From the NCBI GenBank assembly GCA_964634365.1, contig CAZWJU010000005.1, positions 1 to 27,638 of the forward strand: a stretch of DNA of 27,638 bases. Direction: 5' to 3'. The translations under genes were made by a program, and so were the position numbers. Position 1 is the stretch's first letter. Each line of letters opens with the position of its first letter. A model generated the notes under the pieces. It saw only the letters and a program-made list of their open reading frames with translations. It searched no databases and was not told the origin of the DNA. Source of the DNA: an uncultured Candidatus Saccharibacteria bacterium (GTDB lineage Bacteria > Patescibacteriota > Minisyncoccia > Phycocordibacterales > UBA9973). Below are positions 1 through 7,308 of the stretch, piece after piece.

Positions 1-218
1 TAGAGGTCTGCAACTCGACCTCTTGAAGTTGGAATTGCTAGTAATCGCAGGTCAGACATACTGCGGTGAATACGTTCTCGAGTCTTGTACTCACCGCCCG
101 TCAAGTCAAGGGAGCTGGTGGTACCCGAAATCTCTCCATTGGAGGGCCTAAGGTAAAATCAGTGACAGGGACTAAGTCGTAACAAGGCACGGCTAGCGGA
201 AGCTGGTCGTGGAATAAT
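1..218 (+). rRNA. rrs: 16S rRNA, 3' terminal ~218 nt (partial, runs off window start)
   Basis: Matches the E. coli 16S 3' domain (gcaactcga..gtaatcg..ggtgaatacgtt..cttgtac.caccgcccgtca..aagtcgtaacaagg), followed by a helix-45-like stem cacggctagc-GGAA-gctggtcgtg. The tail after h45 reads GAAUAAUUCA rather than GAUCACCUCCUUA. Confidence 0.9.
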
Positions 219-392
219 TCAATTTGAAACCCCTTCATATTTATATGAAGTTAAGGTGTCGGTATTGTATGCCTCAATTGAGCATACAATGGTCTATAAG
301 CCAATGACCTAAAAGAGCTTTGACAGGAGGGAAAGCCACCCCATAGAACGAAACAAAAGAGTATAGAAACTATTAGATTTTTTACAGAAAAA

Positions 393-418
393 GCACCCAT
401 ATAGGGTGGTTTTTTTGA
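393..418 (+). terminator. Intrinsic terminator after the 16S trailer (cacccatatagggtgg + T7)
   Basis: GC stem cacccata/tagggtgg followed by ttttttt. Confidence 0.6.
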
Positions 419-476
419 GGGTATCTTTTTATTGACTTTTTTTATATTTATGATATTATAAGAAAAAAGCACAAAT

Positions 477-1052
477 ATGAAAAAGACCTTATATTTACTG
501 ATTTTTTCTTTGTTTATTGTATTCGTGGTTTCGTGCGACAAGTATGAAATCCCCGAGGAGATTGAATCAATTCCATACCAGAACGAGACAGGTGATACTG
601 TCGATATTCCGGGTGGGGAAGATACTATTCCACCAAATGAAGCCGAGGATATATTGGCTCCGTTCAAAACGGATGCCAATGAATTTTTTATTGATTTCCA
701 AGAGGCATTCATTGCCGATCCAACCGCAGACTCGCTTCTGCGAATTCCTATGCTGGATTCGACATATGAAAAATGGGCATATTACAACTCTGGGTTCATT
801 GACGGATATTTTGCATCGATCATTGGTGTCGACACACCGTCTGACTCGCTCATCCCGACATTCTTGCCGGATGAAGTGTGGGATACCTTGGTAGTGATCT
901 ACCCTGCATTCTTTCAAGCTTTCTTGAACGACATTCAGATCGATTTGCTCGATCCGGGTGAGGCTGAAGACATCTTCAATGAAAGGTGCAATGTAATCAT
1001 CGATATCGTCATGAATAGGCGATGCGATGAGTGGATCGAAGAGTATTTTTAG
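477..1052 (+). CDS. Acidic lipoprotein, function unknown
   Basis: Signal peptide plus lipobox (MKKTLYLLIFSLFIVFVVSC|DK). Rest of the protein is D/E-rich. Promoter-like ttgact-N17-attata lies just upstream. Terminator at 1093-1120 (gccctgcgcaaagcagggc + T5). Confidence 0.7.
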   Translation: MKKTLYLLIFSLFIVFVVSCDKYEIPEEIESIPYQNETGDTVDIPGGEDTIPPNEAEDILAPFKTDANEFFIDFQEAFIADPTADSLLRIPMLDSTYEKWAYYNSGFIDGYFASIIGVDTPSDSLIPTFLPDEVWDTLVVIYPAFFQAFLNDIQIDLLDPGEAEDIFNERCNVIIDIVMNRRCDEWIEEYF

Positions 1053-1397
1053 GGCTAAAAAACCCTTGAAAAATAAGGATATAATTGTTTTTAAAGCCCT
1101 GCGCAAAGCAGGGCTTTTTCTATTTTTTAGATTTAAAGATATTAACGGTATAAGTTAGTGAATATTTTGCAGTACTAATTTGAATAAGATTTAGTAATTC
1201 TTTTTTATCTTCTAAAAAATTTTTTTACGACACCAAAACACTCATCATTTGCAAGCTCGTACAGCACACATCTTTACAAGAAAATTTTTTTGTTTTACGG
1301 ATATAAAAATTGAGTTATCCACTACGACAAGCAAATTTTTTTTATGTACAATAGATACCACAAGTTAGAACTTTTTATTAATTTATTTTTATTGCGT

Positions 1398-3716
1398 ATG
1401 ACAAAAAAAATCACCCTCAGTAAACAGGATCTTGCACAGATCAAAGAGATTCGTAACCGCGAGTTTAATATGATACCTTTTGATTTGAATAAGATTATTG
1501 AAGCTATCAATAAAGCTTTTGTTTCAACTAATGAGGGTGAGCACAAAGACGCAGAATACGTTGCTAAAAAGGTCTTCAAAGAACTCTTGGCTATTAAAAA
1601 AGAAGCTAAAGACAAGAAATTTGCTCCTACAGTAGAGCTTATACAGGATTTGGTAGAGACAGAACTCATTCGTGAAAAATACGTTCATACAGCAAAAGCT
1701 TATATTCTATATAGAAACAAGCGTGCAGAACTCCGCCGAGAAGTCGGTCCAGTTCCGGAAAAGGTAAAGAAATTGGCTGAAGAGAGTAAGGCTTATTTCC
1801 GCAATCCTCTAGCAGAACTTGTGTACTACAGAACATACGCAAAGTGGATAGAGGGAGAGGGTCGTCGCGAGACTTGGATTGAGACTATCGATCGTTATAT
1901 GGATTTTATGCGTGAGAACTTGGGAGATAAACTAAAAAGCGCAGAATACGCAGAAGTTCGCGAAGCAATCCTAAAACAAGAAGCTATGCCTTCAATGCGC
2001 TTGATTCAATTCGCTGGCGCACCAGCTCGCAAGACAAACGTTTGCGCATACAACTGTTCATTTATTGCACCATCTACATTTCAAGATTTTGGAGAGATAG
2101 TTTACATATCAATGTGTGGAACAGGTGTAGGATATACCGTTGAATCAAAAAATATTCAAGCTCTTCCTCAGATTAAACTTCAGAGTGGCAAAAAACTTCC
2201 AACTTTTATAGTTCCAGACTCAAAAGAGGGTTGGGCAGATGCATTGGTACACGGTATGAAAACTTGGTTTGATGGCAACGACGTAGAATTTGATTTCTCT
2301 CTACTACGTCCAGCAGGTGCTCGTCTAAAGACTATGGGTGGCAAATCTTCAGGTCCTCAACCACTAATAGAACTTTTGCAATTTACTAGAGAGCGTATTT
2401 TACGTCGACAAGGTCGTCATCTTCGCAACATAGATGCACACGATATAATTTGTAAAATAGGAGAGTGTGTAGTTGCTGGAGGTGTACGCCGAAGTGCTCT
2501 TATATCTCTTTCAGATTTGGATGATGAAGACATACGTGATGCTAAAAAAGGTCAGTTCTATCTAACAGAAGGCCAGAGATCTCTTGCAAACAACTCAGCA
2601 GTTTACGAGAACAAGCCATCAGCTGTTGAATTTATGGATGAATGGGTAGCTTTGATGAAGTCAGGGTCTGGAGAGCGAGGTATTTTCAATCGCGGTTCAC
2701 TACACGCGACTCTTCCAGAACGCCGAATCAAACTTTGGCAGAAAGAATACAAAGGATATTTCTCACCGGACGGCCGAGTAGTTGGTCCTATCGGAACAAA
2801 TCCTTGTGGAGAAATTATTTTGCAGTCAAAGCAGTTCTGCAATCTTTCTGAGGTTGTAGCACGTGCAGACGATTCCGAAGAAACTTTGATGCGAAAAATT
2901 CGCGTAGCAACAATCCTTGGTACATATCAGTCATCACTTACAAAATTCGGCTATCTATCAAAAGAGTGGCAAGACAATTGTAGAAAGGAGTGTTTGCTTG
3001 GTGTTTCTATCACAGGACAATGGGATTGCGGTCTTGCACGCGATGGAAAAATGTTAGAGAAACTCAAGAAAGAATCTATCCGCATCAACAAGATTTTTGC
3101 AAAACGTTTCGGAGTAAATGAATCCACATGTATTACTTGTGTTAAACCATCCGGAACAGTTTCTCAAACAGTTGATTGTTCTAGTGGTATGCACCCTCGT
3201 CATGCTCCTTACTATATCCGTCGAGTTCGAATATCAGCAACAGATGCACTTTTCAAAATGCTGAAAGACCAAGGTGTACCTTACTTTCCAGAAGTAGGTC
3301 AGTCAGTAGATACAGCAACTACATATGTTCTAGAATTCCCAGTAGCTGCTCCAAAAGGCGCAATATGTAAAGATGATATTTCTGCAATAGCTCAACTTGA
3401 ACACTGGAAGACTGTGAAAGTAAATTACACAGAACACAATCCTTCAGTAACTGTATCAGTAGGAGATGATGAATGGATCGAAGTTGCACACTGGTTGTAT
3501 CAAAACTGGGAAATTGTAGGAGGCTTGTCATTCCTTCCTCGATCAAACCATGTTTACCAGCTTGCTCCATATGAAGAGATCACAAAAGAGCAATACGAGA
3601 AACTAAAGCCAACAGTAGCAAACATTGATTTCTCAAAGATTGTAACTTATGAGATTCAAGACGAGACTGAAGTAAAGAAAGAACTTGCGTGTGTATCTGG
3701 AGTTTGTGAAATCTAG
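1398..3716 (+). CDS. nrdJ: Class II adenosylcobalamin-dependent ribonucleotide reductase with N-terminal ATP-cone
   Basis: Catalytic-site motif TNPCGEI. ATP-cone-like N-terminus (MIPFDLNKIIEAINKAF...). C-terminal Cys pair (CVSGVCEI). 773 aa from the ATG at 1398; the ORF-track start at 1344 probably over-extends. Confidence 0.85.
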   Translation: MTKKITLSKQDLAQIKEIRNREFNMIPFDLNKIIEAINKAFVSTNEGEHKDAEYVAKKVFKELLAIKKEAKDKKFAPTVELIQDLVETELIREKYVHTAKAYILYRNKRAELRREVGPVPEKVKKLAEESKAYFRNPLAELVYYRTYAKWIEGEGRRETWIETIDRYMDFMRENLGDKLKSAEYAEVREAILKQEAMPSMRLIQFAGAPARKTNVCAYNCSFIAPSTFQDFGEIVYISMCGTGVGYTVESKNIQALPQIKLQSGKKLPTFIVPDSKEGWADALVHGMKTWFDGNDVEFDFSLLRPAGARLKTMGGKSSGPQPLIELLQFTRERILRRQGRHLRNIDAHDIICKIGECVVAGGVRRSALISLSDLDDEDIRDAKKGQFYLTEGQRSLANNSAVYENKPSAVEFMDEWVALMKSGSGERGIFNRGSLHATLPERRIKLWQKEYKGYFSPDGRVVGPIGTNPCGEIILQSKQFCNLSEVVARADDSEETLMRKIRVATILGTYQSSLTKFGYLSKEWQDNCRKECLLGVSITGQWDCGLARDGKMLEKLKKESIRINKIFAKRFGVNESTCITCVKPSGTVSQTVDCSSGMHPRHAPYYIRRVRISATDALFKMLKDQGVPYFPEVGQSVDTATTYVLEFPVAAPKGAICKDDISAIAQLEHWKTVKVNYTEHNPSVTVSVGDDEWIEVAHWLYQNWEIVGGLSFLPRSNHVYQLAPYEEITKEQYEKLKPTVANIDFSKIVTYEIQDETEVKKELACVSGVCEI

Positions 3717-3730
3717 ATTTAGATAAAAAG

Positions 3731-3757
3731 AAAAACCACTCAGTTGAGTGGTTTTTT
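3731..3757. terminator. Bidirectional intrinsic terminator (accactcagttgagtggt flanked by A/T runs)
   Basis: Perfect hairpin with A5 upstream and T6 downstream, between nrdJ (+) and a minus-strand ORF. Confidence 0.7.
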
Positions 3758-3762
3758 AGTAT

Positions 3763-4095
3763 CTACAGTATCCAGGCTGGTTCTCCTATACCTTTTTCTT
3801 TTGCGATTATGAGAATTTGTTCATGGTAATCATGCTCGCGATACCTTTCTTTTATAAAGTTGTATATTTTGGTCCAGGCTTCGCGCTTACCAATCGCAAT
3901 GTCTTTTATAATTTGTTTTGTTTCCCACACCCAGTCTTCTTGGTCAGATTCTTTTTCTCCGACTGGATAATCTTCCATTGCTTTATAGAAACGAACCCTG
4001 GTTTCTTCATTGCAATTTTCCATATATGCAATTAGTGCGTCCACGAATTCTTGCCATACAGCAGTTAATTTAGAAGTTTTACGCTCTGTAGTCAT
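3763..4095 (-). CDS. Hypothetical protein (110 aa)
   Basis: Clean ORF in a gene-sized gap. No recognisable motif. Confidence 0.5.
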   Translation of the reverse strand: MTTERKTSKLTAVWQEFVDALIAYMENCNEETRVRFYKAMEDYPVGEKESDQEDWVWETKQIIKDIAIGKREAWTKIYNFIKERYREHDYHEQILIIAKEKGIGEPAWIL

Positions 4096-4164
4096 ATTAA
4101 ATTTTTCTTTATATTGTCATGTAAAGTAGTTATTGTCAAATGTAATTAATTGATATATAATGCT

Positions 4165-5106
4165 TTCGTTGTACTAGACAGTCGCCCCGTGGGATAATTG
4201 AATATTATGTATTACGTATATGTTTTGAAAAGCCCCAAGCAGTTTTATATTGGATCAACGAATGACTTAAGAAGAAGGTTTATTGAGCATCAGACAAATA
4301 AGTCTATCGCTACAAAAAATCGTGGTCCATGGAAACTTGTTTATTATGAAGCATCTGAATCTAAGTCTGATGCTTTACACAGAGAAATTTATCTTAAAAC
4401 TGCTTGGGGTAAGCGATATATTAAACAACGTATAAAAAATAGTATTTAGCTATCCCACGGGGAGGAAAGTCCGAACACACATATGTGTAGAAATGAGTTC
4501 TTTTTGTTTAGGAAATCAGAGGAAAAACAATAGTTTTGGTGGTTTGGATATTGACACCTTTTATTGTTTCAAGCATGAGATGGAGGGTTTTAGGCTTCTT
4601 GGAAGCAGAAGACCTTGTACAGAACGCTCCGTTGTTGATTGTTTGAGACTTTGAAAATTCAGCTAGTTCTAGGTATTTTTACCGGGCAAAGCTGACTTGA
4701 AAAAAGCCCAGTACTCTGGTTTCCTTCCTTTTTCTTTTTGAAAAAGGATTCATTTCTACACATATAAAACGGTAGTGGGTAATACCCATCCATAGCAATA
4801 TGCGAGGTGCGAGCAGAAACGCCAATGTCGAAAGACTAGGGCTCCGCAAGGAGTTGTCGTATGGAAACATGCGGATGAAACGGCTAAATCCTTACTTGTG
4901 TGCAAGACCGTGCCTGGGCAGATTATAGGTTGAAGGGAAAAGGGAATAGTAGAATGCATTTTGCATTTAACTATAACCTCTAACCTATTCCCTATAACCT
5001 GCTCAGGAGAGTCGCTTGAGGGTAGTGGTAACACTACTCCTAGATAAATGATTGTCGTTCCGACCTTGCGTCGGGATACAGAATTCGGCTTATAGGTACA
5101 ACGCAA
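4165..5106 (+). ncRNA. rnpB: RNase P RNA (bacterial type A core), ~940 nt with two large insertions
   Basis: 5' agacagtcgcc and P4 5' strand ggaggaaagtccg. cggtagtgggtaatacccatcc (cf. E. coli GGGCAGGGUGCCAGGUAACGCCUGGG). ggtgcgagcagaaacgcc (cf. GUGCAACAGAGAGCAAACCGCC). ggttgaagggaaaaggg (cf. GGUAAGGGUGAAAGGGUG). 3' cctagataaatgattgtcg..acagaattcggcttatagg (cf. CCUAGAUGAAUGACUGUCC..ACAGAACCCGGCUUAUCGG). P1 pairing ttgtac(4167-4172)/gtacaa(5098-5103). Terminator immediately downstream. Confidence 0.85.
4207..4449 (+). CDS. Small GIY-YIG nuclease-superfamily protein (YhbQ/UPF0213-like, 80 aa), nested in the P3 loop of rnpB
   Basis: YYVYVLKS..QFYIGSTNDLRRRFIEHQ..RGPWKLVYYEASESKSDALHREIYLKT fits the GIY-YIG/YhbQ pattern. 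The ORF lies entirely inside the loop closed by the perfect 10-bp stem ccccgtggga(4185-4194)/tcccacgggg(4453-4462). Confidence 0.75.
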   Translation: MYYVYVLKSPKQFYIGSTNDLRRRFIEHQTNKSIATKNRGPWKLVYYEASESKSDALHREIYLKTAWGKRYIKQRIKNSI

Positions 5107-5112
5107 AATATG

Positions 5113-5142
5113 AAAAAGTCTCGCGAAAGCGAGACTTTTTCT
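5113..5142 (+). terminator. Intrinsic terminator after rnpB (agtctcgcgaaagcgagact + T5)
   Basis: Perfect 8-bp GC-containing stem with GAAA loop and T-run. Confidence 0.8.
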
Positions 5143-5156
5143 GTTATAATTTCTTT

Positions 5157-6527
5157 ATGTCAAAAAATAATTCTCCATGGATTCATCAGCTTGCTCGTAC
5201 AAGACCTATTTCGAAAGGCGAAATTCCAGAAAAGACCGATGTTGTTATTGTAGGAGGAGGTATAGCTGGTATATCAACAGCTTATGAAGTTTTGAAAAAT
5301 ACCAGTCTAAAGGTTGTTCTACTAGAAGCCACAAAAGTAGCGCATGGAGCTACTGGACACAACGCAGGTCAAGTAACTAGTTATTTTGAAAATCCATTTC
5401 AAGATTTTGTAAATAAATTTGGATTGGAACAGTCTGCCGATGCAGTAAGAGCTATAGAATACGATTCTAGGATGATATTGAGTGAAATCATGCGGGACGC
5501 TAACATGAAAACACCTCTTTCAGAGTTTGAAGGTTACGATGGCCTAAAAGACAAGGATTCCATCCTGATTTATCTGGAAGATCTCAGGTTGAAGTCTGAG
5601 GCAGGTTTGTCTATTCGTAAAATGTATATATCAGAAGATTGGTGTCATGGTATACACATACCTTCTCAATACAAAGCTTTTTATACAAAGATAGGGCACA
5701 GCGATGTCATGTCGTTGCTCGAGACTGTCGACACCGATTATGTAGCCGCCCTGCCTTTTTTGTCAGGTTGTATGAACAGCGCGCTTTTTACAGAGGAGTT
5801 AGGAGTTTTTATGTTAAATAATTTCAAAGACCGTTTTGTTTTAGTCGAGGAATCACCAGTTTCAAAGTGTGAACTTTATGAAAATTCTGTTCATATAAAA
5901 TGCAAAGATACTTCTATTGTTTCAGACAAGGTTATTTTGTGTACAAATGGATTTGAAAATATACAAATAGAAAATAAAAATGGGGCAGATATAGACACCA
6001 AATTTCACCACAGTGTTTCAGGGCTTATTGGCTATATGGCAGGCTTTACCGAGAATCCAGACAAGAAGCCTTCTGCTAGTATTTACACAAAATCCATAAG
6101 CATGAACGGTGGGCAATATTTTTACACAACCCGTAGACCCTATGAACTCAAAGACAACAAGGTAAATCTGATATCAATTGGAGGCCCAGAAGAGGTGATA
6201 GAAGACACAAGAAAATATGATAGAAATATGCACATTCCTTCTACTGCTATAAGTTCTATTTTTAGCTTTATTGAGAAAACTTATAATACGAAAAATAAAA
6301 ATGATACTTTTGAATTTATTTGGCATGGGCTTATGGGCTATACACCGAACGGTGTTAGGTTGATTGGTAAAGAGCCTTGCAATCCTGTACTTTTGTACAA
6401 CTTGGGTTGTAACGGAGTGGGGATACTACCTTCTATATACGGTGCTAGAAGAATTTCAAAAATACTTTCAAACGAAGAGCTCAAGCCTTCGATATTTGAC
6501 CCTAGGGATCAAACCTGCCCCATTTAA
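5157..6527 (+). CDS. FAD-dependent oxidoreductase (DAO/DadA-like)
   Basis: Rossmann dinucleotide-binding motif DVVIVGGGIAGISTAYEV near the N-terminus. The start is set at ATG 5157 because the ORF-track start (5052) overlaps the rnpB 3' end and its terminator. Confidence 0.7.
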   Translation: MSKNNSPWIHQLARTRPISKGEIPEKTDVVIVGGGIAGISTAYEVLKNTSLKVVLLEATKVAHGATGHNAGQVTSYFENPFQDFVNKFGLEQSADAVRAIEYDSRMILSEIMRDANMKTPLSEFEGYDGLKDKDSILIYLEDLRLKSEAGLSIRKMYISEDWCHGIHIPSQYKAFYTKIGHSDVMSLLETVDTDYVAALPFLSGCMNSALFTEELGVFMLNNFKDRFVLVEESPVSKCELYENSVHIKCKDTSIVSDKVILCTNGFENIQIENKNGADIDTKFHHSVSGLIGYMAGFTENPDKKPSASIYTKSISMNGGQYFYTTRRPYELKDNKVNLISIGGPEEVIEDTRKYDRNMHIPSTAISSIFSFIEKTYNTKNKNDTFEFIWHGLMGYTPNGVRLIGKEPCNPVLLYNLGCNGVGILPSIYGARRISKILSNEELKPSIFDPRDQTCPI

Positions 6528-6549
6528 TACACTGGTTGGCTTATAGGGG

Positions 6550-6578
6550 TTGACTTTTAAAATCGAATCTGATATACT
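6550..6578 (+). promoter_or_regulatory. Near-consensus sigma70 promoter TTGACT-N17-TATACT
   Basis: Read directly. Drives the candidate sRNA at 6586-6668. Confidence 0.6.
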
Positions 6579-6585
6579 ATCTGTG

Positions 6586-6668
6586 TGAGTGAATAACTTC
6601 GTCTCGTTATTAATGAGACACAAGTGCCTCGCAAATCCCGGCTTCGGCCGGGATTTTGCGTTTTTAAG
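6586..6668 (+). ncRNA. Candidate small RNA (~83 nt) between a consensus promoter and an intrinsic terminator
   Basis: Internal hairpin gtctcgttattaatgagac. Terminator aaatcccggcttcggccgggatttt + gcgttttt. No protein-coding potential except a 19-codon ORF. Confidence 0.4.
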
Positions 6669-6745
6669 CTATAAAATACAGGCTTTTTATGATTAGCCAA
6701 TTACAGCTATTGCTATTGTTTCAAACTGCGCTTATAATTCTTCTT

Positions 6746-6875
6746 ATGCAGATCGCTTGTCTGTGTCTATAGCGAGCGTCTGCACTCACATAGGCATTTG
6801 TGTTGGAGTTAGCACACGCTCGCTTTAAACACAGATAAAAATAAAAATCTCTCCATACTCTGGAGAGATTTTTAT
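6746..6875 (+). ncRNA. Second candidate structured small RNA (~130 nt) with its own promoter-like element and terminator
   Basis: TTGCTA-N17-TATAAT at 6710-6738. Nested stems tctgtgt/acacaga and agcgagcgt/acgctcgct. Terminator aaaaatctctccatactctggagagattttt at 6838-6870. Confidence 0.35.
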
Positions 6876-7137
6876 TTTTACTAAATTATTTTTTTAAATT
6901 TAATTTAATTTTATATTTTTTATTTAAATAAAAAATATTTTTGTAATTATTTTTTATAAAAAACTTTTTTGAGTTATCCACATATTTTTTGTAAATAATA
7001 TTGTTATTAGTTTTTTTCTGTAAGATAATATACACAGTGATGCATTGATTGAAATCACAAAATATTTTTTTATAAATTTATTTTTGTGTGGTCGGATCAT
7101 TGCAGAAAACGTTAATAGCTTAACCCACTAAAAATAT

Positions 7138-7203
7138 ATGGCAGCAAAGAAAAAGAAAAAGGCAGCTCCTAAGAAAAAGGCAGCTAAAAAGAAGAAGAAA
7201 TAG
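7138..7203 (+). CDS. Putative 21-aa Lys/Ala-only micropeptide (MAAKKKKKAAPKKKAAKKKKK)
   Basis: ATG..TAG ORF followed 18 nt later by a strong terminator at 7221-7254 (caaaatcctc/gaggattttg + T7). Could equally be a purine-rich non-coding transcript. Confidence 0.3.
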   Translation: MAAKKKKKAAPKKKAAKKKKK

Positions 7204-7308
7204 TTTCTACTTCTAAAAAACAAAATCCTCCCTATCAGAGGATTTTGTTTTTTTATGTGTCGATAAAATTTGCCTTTTATGCTATACTCTGTTTTTAAAT
7301 ATATATTT

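Noticed and set aside
517-1106. Alternative-frame ORFs (125 aa +, 179 aa -, 153 aa -) overlapping the lipoprotein gene and the 16S trailer
   Set aside because: Shadow ORFs. The 477-1052 frame has a clear signal peptide/lipobox, while the others are Arg/Ser-rich with no motifs.
1344-1397. 5' extension of nrdJ (MYNRYHKLELFINLFLLR...)
   Set aside because: The upstream in-frame codons are AT-rich, low-complexity and overlap the putative promoter/DnaA-box region. The ATG at 1398 (MTKKITLSKQ) gives an N-terminus typical of an ATP-cone.
4679-5106. ORF-track ORFs (63 aa and 116 aa, minus strand) and the 5' extension of the 5052 ORF, all overlapping the RNase P RNA
   Set aside because: They lie inside a well-supported structural RNA gene and have no recognisable protein features. 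The oxidoreductase start was moved to ATG 5157, after the rnpB terminator.
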